Shown piece by piece: positions 24,702 to 35,026 of a stretch of 64,000 nt of DNA. Every line of letters starts with the position of its first letter. The first letter of the stretch is position 1. Origin of the DNA: Candidatus Poribacteria bacterium (GTDB lineage: Bacteria; Poribacteria; WGA-4E; WGA-3G); NCBI GenBank assembly GCA_965242965.1, contig OZ251518.1, forward strand, positions 2,592,001 to 2,656,000, read 5' to 3'. The notes under the pieces were generated by a model. It was not told where the DNA came from, ran no database searches, and saw nothing but the letters and a program-made list of their open reading frames with translations. Both the position numbers and the translations under genes were made by a program.

Positions 24702-27700
24702 ATGAAACCTAAAAACTATGCAACGCCAATCGCTATCGCGCTTCTGATATGCGCACTCACCGTGTTTAACGGGTGCGTCAGGAGAGAAGCAACACGAAAG
24801 GCAGACTGGGAGACGCACTTTACCGACATCCACTTCGTCAACGCGAAACTGGGGTGGATTGTCGGCTTGGAAGGACTTATCATCCACACGAAAGACGGCG
24901 GAAAAACGTGGCAGCAACAGGAAACTGACATCACCGGCGACTTCAAAGCCGTCTACTTTACCAACGCGCAGTATGGCTGGGCTGTCGGTGACGAGGGCCT
25001 CATCGCCACGACAGATGATGGCGGCAGATACTGGACGCTGCAGCGGAGCGGCACGTATGCTATGCTCCGAGATGTTTTCTTCGCCAATTCTAAAGAGGGT
25101 TGGATCGTCGGTGAAGATGCCGATGTGCTTTATACCGAAAACGGCGGGAAAGCGTGGCACCGCTACGAATATGTCAGCGAGTTCCCGCTTAACGGCGTTT
25201 GGTTCGTGAACGATTCACGGGGTTGGATTGTCGGCGAATATGACAGGATTTTTCATACTGAAACCGCTGGCAAAGAATGGCGTGAACAGAGCAACCGCTT
25301 TGAAGGCGAACGCGACCGGATGATTAACGATAACAAAAAAATCTTCTTCATTAGCGACAATGAAGGTTGGATTACCGGCAGCGACGGCTCGATTTTCCAC
25401 ACGACTACCGGCGGCGCAACTTGGGAACGCCAAGACAGCCGCATCCCACTCATCAATGGACATGTCCGCGATACTGTCAACAGCATCCATTTCACCGATG
25501 ACAACTACGGCATCGCCGTCGCGGATGTCGGGTTTATCACGCGCACTGAAGATGGCGGTGATAATTGGCAGCTAATGGAGAGCGGCACCGAAAATAATCT
25601 GACCGCGGTGCAATGGACTTCCCGCAAAGAGGCGTGGGCAGTCGGTTGGTACGGCACGATTCTGCACACGGAAGATGCAGGCGCGACCTGGACGATAACC
25701 AGTGGGACGACGGCAAATGACTTGCAGAATGTTCAGTTTACCGATGCGAATCGCGCTATTGCTGTCGGCAGACGCGGCACAATGACGATGAGCAATGATG
25801 GCGGCCAAACGTGGAACGAACTTGACACCGACATCTGGGACGGTATCTGGAACATCTATTTTGCCACCGATAAACACGGTTGGGCAGTCGGCGAACGCGG
25901 GCTCATCGTGCATACCAACGATGGCGGCGCGAATTGGGAACGTCAATTTGGCGGCGGCGGCTATACCCTCCGTTCTGTCCATTTTATTAGCCCGAAGAAA
26001 GGGTGGATTGTCGGTGATCTCAGCACAATCCTGCACACCGCAGATGGCGGCGAAACGTGGGTGCAGCAATCCCCCGGCGAATTCCACATGCTCAAAGGCG
26101 TTTATTTCCTGAACGAAAAGAGAGGTTGGGCAATCGGGTGGCCCGGCATCTGTCTGACTACGCATGATGGCGGGCTGACCTGGAGTCCCCAAACCACCGG
26201 CACCTACAATGAGCTCTACGCTGTCTATTTTGCCGATGAAAACACCGGCTGGATTGTCGGGCAATTCGGCGAGATTTTGTTCACTAAAAACGGCGGCGCG
26301 AAGTGGAATTTTCAGCGCAGCGGCACGCAAGAAAATCTAAATAAACTCTATTTCGCCGATACGCAGCACGGCTTGATTGTCGGAGATAACGGCGCGATGC
26401 TCACCACGACAAACGGCGGCGCGAAGTGGGAATTGCAAGAGAGTGGCACGGACAACGATCTCTACGGGTTAGCACTCTCTCCGCAGGGAGTCGTCGCGGT
26501 AGGGAAGGGCGGCATTGCGATGCGGTATTCGGTAGAAGAAGCGGAACTCCCGGCGAAACTGCCGCCTGTTGCAGAGGAAGTGGCGGAGGCAGAGGCGGAA
26601 GAGGAACCGCTCACCCCGGTCGTTTATCATTGGGATATTATCCGTCAAGCGACGTGGCAGACTAACTTCTCCGATACGCATTTCGTTAATGCACAGAACG
26701 GTTGGGCAGTAGGTTCAAGCGGTGTCATCGCGCATACTACAGATGGGGGAAAAACGTGGCTGCCGCATCACAGCGGTGTGAGTGAAAATTTGCGCCAAGT
26801 CGAATTCTTTGATGAGAAACACGGCTGGATTTTCGGGCCCGGTATCTTGCTCCGCACAGAGAACGCCGGTGAGACGTGGCAGGTTATCCGAAAGACGGTG
26901 CAAAACCTGCGCGGCATCAGCACGGTGCAATTCCTCAACCCACAAGAGGGATGGCTCGGCGCGGACATCGGACAAACCTTGCACACCACCGATGGCGGCA
27001 AGACGTGGAAACTTCAGAAAACCGGCACGACGATGCAACCCATCGCGGATCTCCACTTCATCAACAGTCAGGAGGGATGGGCTGTCACTCCACAGCGTAG
27101 AGATGGCGGCTTTATCCTTCACACCGTCGATGGCGGCGATTATTGGAAGATTCAGGCGAAGACTAACCATGTCGGTGTCGCTGTCCATTTTGCGGATGCG
27201 ACGAACGGCTGGGTGGTTTTGGGGGATGGCAATTCGCTGTTGACTACTGATGGCGGTGAGACATGGAAATTGCGCACGGCGAAATCGGGCGCGCGCGGGC
27301 TCCGACGCGTGACGTTCCGTTCACATACAGACGCGTGGGCCTTCGGCGCGGGCGGCACCGCCTTCATCACTGATAATCAAGGTGAAAGTTGGAAGGCAAT
27401 CCCTGTCTCCATCCCCGATACCGTAGCGCGAGGGCCTGTCCCTCGCGATGCTGAAGACACCGCCGCCGATACCGTAGCGCGAGGGCCTGTCCCTCGCGAT
27501 GCTGAAGACACCGCCGCCGATACCGTAGCACGAGGGCCTGTCCCTCGCGATGCTGAAGACGAAAAATCAGAAGGCACCACCCTACAATATGACGAGGCAC
27601 CGACCGATGCAATCCAGAGACAACTCCGGTCTCAGACACAACGTCCCGGACGCTTCGCGCCAGAGGGTGAACTTCCACCTGATAACGCTGAGAAGAATCA

Positions 27701-28793
27701 AGACCGGGAAGTCTCGCCTACTGAAGGAAATCAAGACCGGGAGGACTCGCCTACTAGAAGACGGCGACGCGGGGCACAGGACATTGCCAGTGTCTATTTC
27801 TTGAACGCAGAGCAGGCGTGGGCAGTCGGCAGCGCGGGCAAGATCTACCACACCGCAGATAGCGGCCAGACCTGGGAACGCCAACTCGGCGAAACACAAG
27901 TGGATAACTTCCGTGACATCCTCTTCTACGATGAAAAACACGGTTGGATAGCAGGCGACAGCGGTGTGCTTCTGGAAACGCAAGATGGCGGCGAGAATTG
28001 GAAATCGCTGCGGAGTCAGACGCGCCAACGCCTCATCGGTGTCCACTTTACCAGTCTCGAACCGAAATGGGGTTGGGCAATGCAGCGCGATGGAACGGTG
28101 CTTTATACCACCGACGGCCAGGCGTGGACAGCGGGTGATACCCCGGAAAGACCGCCGTTTATAGAGGGGGATCCGCCTCGCAGCTTCGCCATGAACGCCA
28201 TTGACTTCGGCAAGTTCTCCGAAGGATGGGCAGCAGGCAGCGACGGGCAAATTATCCATAATAAAGATGGAGGCCCGACGTGGACACCGCAACGCACGAC
28301 TACCGGCAAAGATTTGATAGATATTGACATGAAGTTCGCGCCGCTTGGTTGGGCGGTGGGACATAGCGGCATTATCCAACGCACCATCAACGGTGGCGAG
28401 TATTGGCGATTCCATGAAACGCAGACAGGCTATGATCTGAACGCCGTTTCCTTCATCGCCAAGCGGAAGGGGTGGGCGGTTGGACTGCACGGCATCGTCT
28501 TGAAAACCACCGATGGCGGGTTCACGTGGCAGGCGAAATCGAGCGGAACGACTAAAACGCTCCACGGCATTTTGGCATTATCCGAAGACGAGCTCTACGT
28601 CGTCGGCGAAAAGGGGACCATCCTCCGTTCAACCGATGGCGGTGAGACGTGGGAACAGGAGCATACCGATATAGACAATGCCCTTTACGTCATCACGCGT
28701 GCGAAAGATGGGAGTGCGCTGTGGGTGGTAGGGCAGTGGGGTATCGTCCTTCGTCGGCAGTTAGAAAGCCCTGAGCGCGTGACGATGCGTTAG
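24702..28793 (+). CDS. Giant YCF48-like (BNR/Asp-box) multi-beta-propeller lipoprotein
   Basis: Lipobox FNGC; many GW.VG...I.HT.DGG.TW repeats; REP-derived linker at 27417-27757. Confidence 0.92.
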   Translation: MKPKNYATPIAIALLICALTVFNGCVRREATRKADWETHFTDIHFVNAKLGWIVGLEGLIIHTKDGGKTWQQQETDITGDFKAVYFTNAQYGWAVGDEGLIATTDDGGRYWTLQRSGTYAMLRDVFFANSKEGWIVGEDADVLYTENGGKAWHRYEYVSEFPLNGVWFVNDSRGWIVGEYDRIFHTETAGKEWREQSNRFEGERDRMINDNKKIFFISDNEGWITGSDGSIFHTTTGGATWERQDSRIPLINGHVRDTVNSIHFTDDNYGIAVADVGFITRTEDGGDNWQLMESGTENNLTAVQWTSRKEAWAVGWYGTILHTEDAGATWTITSGTTANDLQNVQFTDANRAIAVGRRGTMTMSNDGGQTWNELDTDIWDGIWNIYFATDKHGWAVGERGLIVHTNDGGANWERQFGGGGYTLRSVHFISPKKGWIVGDLSTILHTADGGETWVQQSPGEFHMLKGVYFLNEKRGWAIGWPGICLTTHDGGLTWSPQTTGTYNELYAVYFADENTGWIVGQFGEILFTKNGGAKWNFQRSGTQENLNKLYFADTQHGLIVGDNGAMLTTTNGGAKWELQESGTDNDLYGLALSPQGVVAVGKGGIAMRYSVEEAELPAKLPPVAEEVAEAEAEEEPLTPVVYHWDIIRQATWQTNFSDTHFVNAQNGWAVGSSGVIAHTTDGGKTWLPHHSGVSENLRQVEFFDEKHGWIFGPGILLRTENAGETWQVIRKTVQNLRGISTVQFLNPQEGWLGADIGQTLHTTDGGKTWKLQKTGTTMQPIADLHFINSQEGWAVTPQRRDGGFILHTVDGGDYWKIQAKTNHVGVAVHFADATNGWVVLGDGNSLLTTDGGETWKLRTAKSGARGLRRVTFRSHTDAWAFGAGGTAFITDNQGESWKAIPVSIPDTVARGPVPRDAEDTAADTVARGPVPRDAEDTAADTVARGPVPRDAEDEKSEGTTLQYDEAPTDAIQRQLRSQTQRPGRFAPEGELPPDNAEKNQDREVSPTEGNQDREDSPTRRRRRGAQDIASVYFLNAEQAWAVGSAGKIYHTADSGQTWERQLGETQVDNFRDILFYDEKHGWIAGDSGVLLETQDGGENWKSLRSQTRQRLIGVHFTSLEPKWGWAMQRDGTVLYTTDGQAWTAGDTPERPPFIEGDPPRSFAMNAIDFGKFSEGWAAGSDGQIIHNKDGGPTWTPQRTTTGKDLIDIDMKFAPLGWAVGHSGIIQRTINGGEYWRFHETQTGYDLNAVSFIAKRKGWAVGLHGIVLKTTDGGFTWQAKSSGTTKTLHGILALSEDELYVVGEKGTILRSTDGGETWEQEHTDIDNALYVITRAKDGSALWVVGQWGIVLRRQLESPERVTMR

Positions 28794-28816
28794 GGGAATA
28801 ACCTGTGAGTTCTGTT

Positions 28817-28940
28817 GGCGAGGGAAGCCTGTCCCTCGCCATACCACAAGCATGCCATGCCACCGTAGGGCGAGGGCCTGTCCCTCGCCATGCCACGATC
28901 TTTCACTAATTCGTAGGGCGAAGGTCTGTCCCTCGCTTTA
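28817..28940. repeat. GTAG-REP cluster
   Basis: GTAGGGCGAGGGCCTGTCCCTCGCC and variants. Confidence 0.8.
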
Positions 28941-29000
28941 CGGTTCGCTTACTTTCAGGAACTTTCCCTAGCGAACCTAGCAGTAAGGACAATATACCAG

Positions 29001-29327
29001 ATGAAAAAGATAAGCACCATTGAGGCATCGAAACATCCGAACGTCAAAATCGCCGTGCGGAATTTCGGTCCGATTGCGGAAGGCACTGTCGACTTGCGTC
29101 CGTTGACAGTCTTTGTCGGCCCGAGCAACACAGGGAAAACCTATTTTTCTACGCTGCTTTATACGTTGCACCGGAGTTTTGCGGGTTTCCCACTTGTGAG
29201 GAAAATGCTTGAGAACATCAGCCGACACAAACTGTATAATCCTGCCAATCCTATAATCTTGTCAATCCGCGATTCAGACAAATGCAGCACTGCGCATTTT
29301 TCTCTTGAAATTTCCCCCAAATTATGA
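29001..29327 (+). pseudogene. Truncated paralog of the AAA_15/AAA_21 ATPase (N-terminal Walker A region only)
   Basis: HPNVKIAVRNFGPIAEGTVDLRPLTVFVGPSNTGKTYFSTL is nearly identical to the 10568 gene, then runs into the AATCCT/ATTCAGAC repeat. Confidence 0.8.
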
Positions 29328-29366
29328 TAAAATTCTATCAATCTATAAAAGGCAAATTCGTAAACA

Positions 29367-30335
29367 ATGAAATCAAAATCCAGCAAATCCTTACTCATCT
29401 CCATAGCATTGCACACCATCGTCGGCGTAATCGGGTTTTTCTTCTGGTTCAGCACCAAACCGACGCAGGATGTCACCGGCATCAATGCGATGCTTATCTC
29501 GGAAGAGAAGCCGAAGGTGCGACGCATCACGCCGCCGAAACGTCCGCAAGTCCAACAGCCGACGACGCGGACGGTGAGTGAACCGCGCCTGAAAATCCTC
29601 ACGAGCAACGCGCCACCTAGCCGCCGGGGCGTAGTCTCCGCGGCAGAACCGGCACCGTTCCAGCCGTTCGGAGAACTCAACGTTGGCGATGCTGTCGGAC
29701 CGGCGACGACTACCGTTGAATTTGAAGGCGCGCCGCGTGTGCAGAAGAGCATTGAACGTCCCTTTGTCAAGAAACCGAAGACAGAGACGCGCCCCAAAAG
29801 CAGGTTGGTGAAGTTCATTGAAGCACAGGAGGGCGCGCAACGCATCGTCTACTGCATCGATCTCTCTACCAGCATGCAGAATCTCCCCGAAGCGAAACTG
29901 CGGAAGATCATCCACCTCATGCGCGATTCGCTGACTTTCCTTGAGGCACACGATAGTTTTAACATCATGGCGTTTAGCGCGGAACTCGTCGTTTATCAGG
30001 GCGGCTTTGTCCCGGTAACAGAGGAGACGGTGAGCGCGGGGGCGGCATATCTGGCGGACATCAAAACGCAGTTACGGACAAAAGGCACCGATCAGGACAT
30101 GTTAACGGCGTTGACAGCGGTAGCCGAGACTGCGCCGACAATTGTTGTCCTCTTTAGCGACGGCATTCCGACGACGCTTGAGAGCCCAGACCTGGGGGTA
30201 GTTGGGCGACACGCAGCGGGCAATGGCCGGATTTTCGCCATGGGCATCGGGATGGCACCGAATTTCCCAGGGGCGGTGATGTTGAAGCAGCTCGCCAATG
30301 TTAGCGAAGGTGAGCTCTGGCTGGTGGATAGGTAA
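29367..30335 (+). CDS. Membrane-anchored VWA-domain protein
   Basis: N-terminal TM (SIALH), Pro-rich linker, MIDAS-like DLSTSM and LFSDG. Confidence 0.85.
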   Translation: MKSKSSKSLLISIALHTIVGVIGFFFWFSTKPTQDVTGINAMLISEEKPKVRRITPPKRPQVQQPTTRTVSEPRLKILTSNAPPSRRGVVSAAEPAPFQPFGELNVGDAVGPATTTVEFEGAPRVQKSIERPFVKKPKTETRPKSRLVKFIEAQEGAQRIVYCIDLSTSMQNLPEAKLRKIIHLMRDSLTFLEAHDSFNIMAFSAELVVYQGGFVPVTEETVSAGAAYLADIKTQLRTKGTDQDMLTALTAVAETAPTIVVLFSDGIPTTLESPDLGVVGRHAAGNGRIFAMGIGMAPNFPGAVMLKQLANVSEGELWLVDR

Positions 30336-30357
30336 TGCAAACTAGATAACGTGCACC

Positions 30358-30555
30358 TCACCGTAGGGCGAAGGCCTGTCCCTCGCACGCGTTTGATGAC
30401 CCCGAGCATGGCGGAGGACAGGCCCCCGCACTACGCTCAAAGCAATGCAAATTGGATAACGTTTACCTCACCGTAGCGCGAGGGCCTGTCCCTCGCACGC
30501 GTTAATTCATGAACAAACCGCAGCATGGCGGAGGACAGGCCCCCGCCCTACGTTC
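30358..30555. repeat. Two tandem REP doublets
   Basis: GTAG..CCTGTCCCTCGCACGCG...GGACAGGCCCCCGC.CTAC repeated twice. Confidence 0.8.
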
Positions 30556-30590
30556 CAAGCGCAGTATCGCATCAATGCGAAACAAAACAC

Positions 30591-31511
30591 ATGAACAACC
30601 CCAATCCAAAATCGAAACAGCGCGGCACCCAAACTAGCGAGTTCGGAATGCCGAAAAGAGTCGGGCACGATTCCAGCGCGTTTTACAATAGCCAACTTTA
30701 TGCAGACCAGGGATTGCCTAAAGTTGACGAGTGGATAGAAAACCCGATCCCAGCCGAAACGCTAAACCGCCTCTATTGCAAAACTAGCGTGCAGATGAGC
30801 GAAATTCCCGATGGCAGCGTCCATCTGATGGTAACCTCGCCGCCCTACAACGCGAAAAAGGAATACGACGAGGATTTATCGCTGGTGGAGTATCGTGAGC
30901 TGCTCAGGGCAGTCTTCGCCGAGACGTATCGGACATTGGTGACAGGCGGCAGAGCCTGCATTAATATCGCGAATTTAGGAAGGAAACCCTACATTCCGTT
31001 GCACAGTTATATCATTGAAGATATGCTGGAAATCGGCTACTACATGCGCGGGGAGATTATCTGGGACAAAGGTTCAAGCGCGGGTTCATCAACGGCATGG
31101 GGGAGTTGGATGTCAGCGGCGAATCCGGTGCTGCGGGATGTCCACGAATACATCCTCGTCTTTTCCAAGGATTCGTTATCGCGGAAACACAACGGCAAAC
31201 CGAACTCAATCTGCAAAGAGGATTTTTTGGAATGCACGAAAAGTGTATGGACGTTCTCGTCAGTCTCGGCGAGAAGCATTGGGCATCCCGCGCCGTTCCC
31301 GGAGGAGTTGCCGCACCGCCTGATTCAGTTGTATACGTTTGAAGGCGATGTCGTCTTGGATCCGTTTTGTGGCAGTGGGACAACCTGCTTGAGCGCGTTG
31401 AAAGCCGGGCGGCACTATATCGGTTATGACGTTGAGGAAAAGTATATCGCGCTCGCCAATGAGAGGATTAAGGAGTATGCGTCGCAAACGCGTCTGTTTG
31501 AAGCGGGTTAG
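30591..31511 (+). CDS. Orphan beta-class amino DNA methyltransferase (probably m4C)
   Basis: Motif IV VTSPPY before motif I VLDPFCGSGTT; HPAPFP; no adjacent endonuclease. Confidence 0.9.
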   Translation: MNNPNPKSKQRGTQTSEFGMPKRVGHDSSAFYNSQLYADQGLPKVDEWIENPIPAETLNRLYCKTSVQMSEIPDGSVHLMVTSPPYNAKKEYDEDLSLVEYRELLRAVFAETYRTLVTGGRACINIANLGRKPYIPLHSYIIEDMLEIGYYMRGEIIWDKGSSAGSSTAWGSWMSAANPVLRDVHEYILVFSKDSLSRKHNGKPNSICKEDFLECTKSVWTFSSVSARSIGHPAPFPEELPHRLIQLYTFEGDVVLDPFCGSGTTCLSALKAGRHYIGYDVEEKYIALANERIKEYASQTRLFEAG

Positions 31512-31550
31512 GAAGGACTCAAACGTCAAGGTGATTCGCATAACGAAATT

Positions 31551-31579
31551 TTGACATCCTGAGCAAAATCTGTTAAAAT
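31551..31579 (+). promoter_or_regulatory. Promoter of the OMPP1/FadL-like gene
   Basis: TTGACA-N17-TAAAAT with extended -10 TG. Confidence 0.6.
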
Positions 31580-31620
31580 AGTCACATAATTGATGACGAT
31601 GAACACTGGAGGGAAGAAAA

Positions 31621-32973
31621 ATGAGACGAACCACGGACAAACGCCACGGCAAATCTGGGCATAGCGAGAGCCAGGCATTCGCGATACGGAACAAGAGGGG
31701 GAAAGGCTGTCGCCTCTTACTCTGCTTGTTCGCCATCGGTTTCTTTGCAACTGTCGGCGCGGCGCAGGTGGAAGAGATGGCCATCGGCAACACGTTCGGC
31801 ATTGGCGCGCGGGAAATGGGCATGGGCGGCGCATCCCTCGGACTCGCAGACGATTACACCGCGCTCTATTGGAATCCCGCTGGCTTAGCCCAAATCCGCG
31901 AGTTTGAGCTTTTCAGCAGCTTCTCGCATAACACCGCGACCGCGGATACTACGTTTGCTGGCGCGGAGACAACCGGCACGAGCCGCTCACAGGTGCGGCC
32001 GAATGCCATCGGAATGGTTTATCCGTTTCCGCGCAGGGAAGGCGGACTCGCCATTGCGTTCGGATACAATCGCGCGCAAAATTTTGATACCCAAACCGCC
32101 ATTCAGGGCATCGACCCGGGCACCGAGACAGAGTTCAGCGGGCTCGCCGTTGATGAAACCAACGTTAACACCGGCGGTATCGGGATTTGGAGTTTTGGCG
32201 CAAGCATGTCTCTTACCAAGCGCATCCTCATCGGCGGCTCGGTCGATTTCTGGCAAGGACATAGCCTCAATGAACTTGACACAACCGCCACCGACATCGG
32301 CAACAGCGACAGCGAATTGGCGCGCTTTAGATATGATGACGAGACAGACCGGGAATATTCAGGCATCGGCGGTAGGATAGGGTTGCTGGCGCACGTGACA
32401 GATGCTATCAGTCTCGGAGTTACCCTCGTCTCGCCGATAGAACTCAGCGTTGACGAATATTGGTATCAAGGCACCGTCGCCTATTATGACGATGGGGAGC
32501 AGATATCGGATGCGGCGAGCGGCACCCAGGCGTTTGATATTGAACGGCCGTTTGAAATCGGGACAGGCATCGCCATCAAACTGCTGGACAAACGCCTCAT
32601 CTTGGCAGGCGATGTCCAACTCACCGACTGGACGCAAACCCGCTATGATCCGGTGCCTGCGGATGACATCTCGCAGAACAATTTTGAGAAATTCTACGCC
32701 ACCACGCTTCAAGCGCGACTCGGCGCAGAATATCGCATCCCGGTAATTGATACGCACGTCCGCCTCGGCTATTTTCGCGATACAATCCCGTTCACGGAAA
32801 CTGACGTTGAGAACGAACGCGATTTCTTGACGATGGGTGTCGGCAAGGTTTTTGAGAATATGCTGAAGGTAGATCTGGCGTATATGTTAGGCAATTGGCA
32901 GCGCAGCAACAATGCGTTAACGACCGAACGCGTCACACATCGGGTTTTTGTATCGGCGGCGTATCGGTTTTAA
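31621..32973 (+). CDS. OMPP1/FadL/TodX-family outer-membrane transporter
   Basis: GAREMGMGGA...ADDYTALYWNPAGLA N-terminal motif, beta strands, C-terminal AYRF. Confidence 0.85.
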   Translation: MRRTTDKRHGKSGHSESQAFAIRNKRGKGCRLLLCLFAIGFFATVGAAQVEEMAIGNTFGIGAREMGMGGASLGLADDYTALYWNPAGLAQIREFELFSSFSHNTATADTTFAGAETTGTSRSQVRPNAIGMVYPFPRREGGLAIAFGYNRAQNFDTQTAIQGIDPGTETEFSGLAVDETNVNTGGIGIWSFGASMSLTKRILIGGSVDFWQGHSLNELDTTATDIGNSDSELARFRYDDETDREYSGIGGRIGLLAHVTDAISLGVTLVSPIELSVDEYWYQGTVAYYDDGEQISDAASGTQAFDIERPFEIGTGIAIKLLDKRLILAGDVQLTDWTQTRYDPVPADDISQNNFEKFYATTLQARLGAEYRIPVIDTHVRLGYFRDTIPFTETDVENERDFLTMGVGKVFENMLKVDLAYMLGNWQRSNNALTTERVTHRVFVSAAYRF

Positions 32974-32974
32974 G

Positions 32975-33325
32975 TGCCGGGCGAAGGTCTGTCCTGCGCC
33001 ATGCCGCAAGCCGAAAAAAAAACCGTCCATGGCCCGTTGGCCGTGGACGGTTTTCGGTTCGGTTGCGAGATCGCGAGGGACAGGCCCTCGCGCTACGTTT
33101 TTCGCAGCGGGACGGTTTTCGATTCGGTTTGCGAGACCGCGAGGGACAGGCCCTCGCGCTACGGGCCGCGGGTGCATTGAACGCACGTGGGGACAGGCCC
33201 TCGCGCTACGTTTTTCGTAGCGGGACGGTTTTCGGTTCGGTTGCGAGATCGCGAGGGACAGGCCCTTGCGCTACGGGCCGCGGGCGCGTTGAACGCGCGA
33301 GGGACAGGCCCTCGCCCTACGGACA
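32975..33325. repeat. REP cluster between convergent genes
   Basis: Five GGGACAGGCCCTCGC.CTAC-type copies plus one opposing REP. Confidence 0.85.
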
Positions 33326-33341
33326 CTGGCGGCAGGTTCGC

Positions 33342-33743
33342 TTAAACCAACTGGATATAAGCCATCTGCGCGCCATCGCCTTTGCGGAGTTCACCGCGGA
33401 TAATTCGCGTGTATCCACCGTTCCTGTCTTGATACCGCGGCCCGATTTCGTCAAACAATTTCTGAAAAACGTCGTGTTTGTCGAGCGCGCCACTTTCCCC
33501 GCGGCGCGGCGTGTAGTGCAAGTCGCGGCCGTAAAGCATTTTTGCCGCTTGGCGGCGTGCATGCAGGTCTCCTCGTTTTGCAAGGGTAATCAGTTTTTCC
33601 GCGACGCGTCGCAACTCCTTACATTTCGGTAAGGTGGTGCGGATTTGCTCATGCTCAAAAAGCGCGGTCGCCTGGTTCCGGAAGAGTGCCTTGCGATGGC
33701 TGGTCGTCCGTCCAAGTTTCCGTCCCTGTTTTCTATGACGCAT
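33342..33743 (-). CDS. rplQ: 50S ribosomal protein L17
   Basis: [23 protein letters not shown]; RNGGYTRI. Confidence 0.97.
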   Translation of the reverse strand: MRHRKQGRKLGRTTSHRKALFRNQATALFEHEQIRTTLPKCKELRRVAEKLITLAKRGDLHARRQAAKMLYGRDLHYTPRRGESGALDKHDVFQKLFDEIGPRYQDRNGGYTRIIRGELRKGDGAQMAYIQLV

Positions 33744-34854
33744 CTTCTTCCTCCGTGTGCGTATCGTCAGTCGGCGGCGCGTCTTCATCCGGTGCCTCTT
33801 CTTCGGCTTCTTCGGCTTCTTCGGCTTCTTCCGTTTGCGCCACCTCGGTTATTTCCGGTATTCCCTCATCCAACTCAGCTTCCTCCGCCTCCAATTCATC
33901 GTCAAGCGGCATGCCGAGATAGAGCCCCATGCTGTCAAGCTGGTCCGTAATTTCCTTCAGGGAGGTTTTGCCGAAATTCTTATATTCCAGCATATCCTTC
34001 TCCTCTTTGGATACCAATTCCCGGATAGTCTTGATTCCGGCGGTTTTGAGGCAGTTTGCGGCGCGGACAGAAAGATCGAGTTCCGAGACCGGTCTGGAGA
34101 GGTATCTGTCTTGCCGCTGTCGCCGTTCGTCGATTTCCGGTGGTTTTTCTATATAGGACTCGTCAATGTCCATGAACCGGCTGAGCTGGTTCGTCAAGAT
34201 TTCGGCGGCGCGCGTTACTGCATCCTTTGGCGTGATGCTCGCGTCTGTCCAGACTTCAAGGTTGAGTTTGTCAAAGTTCGTCATATCGCCGACGCGTGCT
34301 TCCTCTACCCAGAAATTGACTTTTTCGACCGGGGAGAACTTCGCGTCTACGGGAATCATCCCGATGGCGTGTTTGGCAGGTCTGTGTGCCTCAGCGAGTG
34401 AGTAGCCGCGCCCGGTTCGGACATGAATCTCCATATCCAAGCCGTCGCATTTGTCAAGCGTGGCGATGTGCTGGTCCGGATTGATAATCTCAACGAGAGC
34501 GTTCGGCCGGATATCCGCGGCGGTTAACTGCCCGGAACCCCCTGCAGTAAGCACCAGCATCATCGGATCATCTGTCTCCATGCGGAACCGAATCTCTTTG
34601 AGATTCAGGATAATCTGGACGACATCTTCCCTGACACCGGGAATAGTTGAATATTCATGCTGCACCTGGCCGATCTGGACAGCCGTTATGGCGGCTCCTT
34701 TAATTGAAGAAAGGAGGACACGGCGGAGCGAATTGCCGAGGGTCGTTCCATAGCCGCGCTCAAAAGGTTCAGCCGTATACTTTGCATAATTCGGCCGTAA
34801 GGACGCTGTGTCCGTTATCAGCCGTTCCGGTATCAATAGCTCGGACCTTATCAT
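33733..34854 (-). CDS. rpoA: RNA polymerase alpha subunit with acidic C-terminal tail
   Basis: [22 protein letters not shown]; LSVRAANCL; [10 protein letters not shown]. Confidence 0.98.
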   Translation of the reverse strand: MIRSELLIPERLITDTASLRPNYAKYTAEPFERGYGTTLGNSLRRVLLSSIKGAAITAVQIGQVQHEYSTIPGVREDVVQIILNLKEIRFRMETDDPMMLVLTAGGSGQLTAADIRPNALVEIINPDQHIATLDKCDGLDMEIHVRTGRGYSLAEAHRPAKHAIGMIPVDAKFSPVEKVNFWVEEARVGDMTNFDKLNLEVWTDASITPKDAVTRAAEILTNQLSRFMDIDESYIEKPPEIDERRQRQDRYLSRPVSELDLSVRAANCLKTAGIKTIRELVSKEEKDMLEYKNFGKTSLKEITDQLDSMGLYLGMPLDDELEAEEAELDEGIPEITEVAQTEEAEEAEEAEEEAPDEDAPPTDDTHTEEEDAS

Positions 34855-35026
34855 TAATTTCCTCCTATAGAAGTGTGGTGTTTGTGCGGCCCGCGGGGAG
34901 GCTTATACCCAAGAGGTTGATGCGTCTTGTGAGACATCGGTGCATCCTTAGATGTGTCGGGCGGCGCGTTAACGACATCCGCCTGACACATTTTAGCCGG
35001 GACCCCCTTGGGGCCAGACAGAAGAA

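Noticed and set aside
27582-28565. 327-aa minus-strand ORF (and 25572-26330)
   Set aside because: Antisense shadow of the YCF48-like repeat gene
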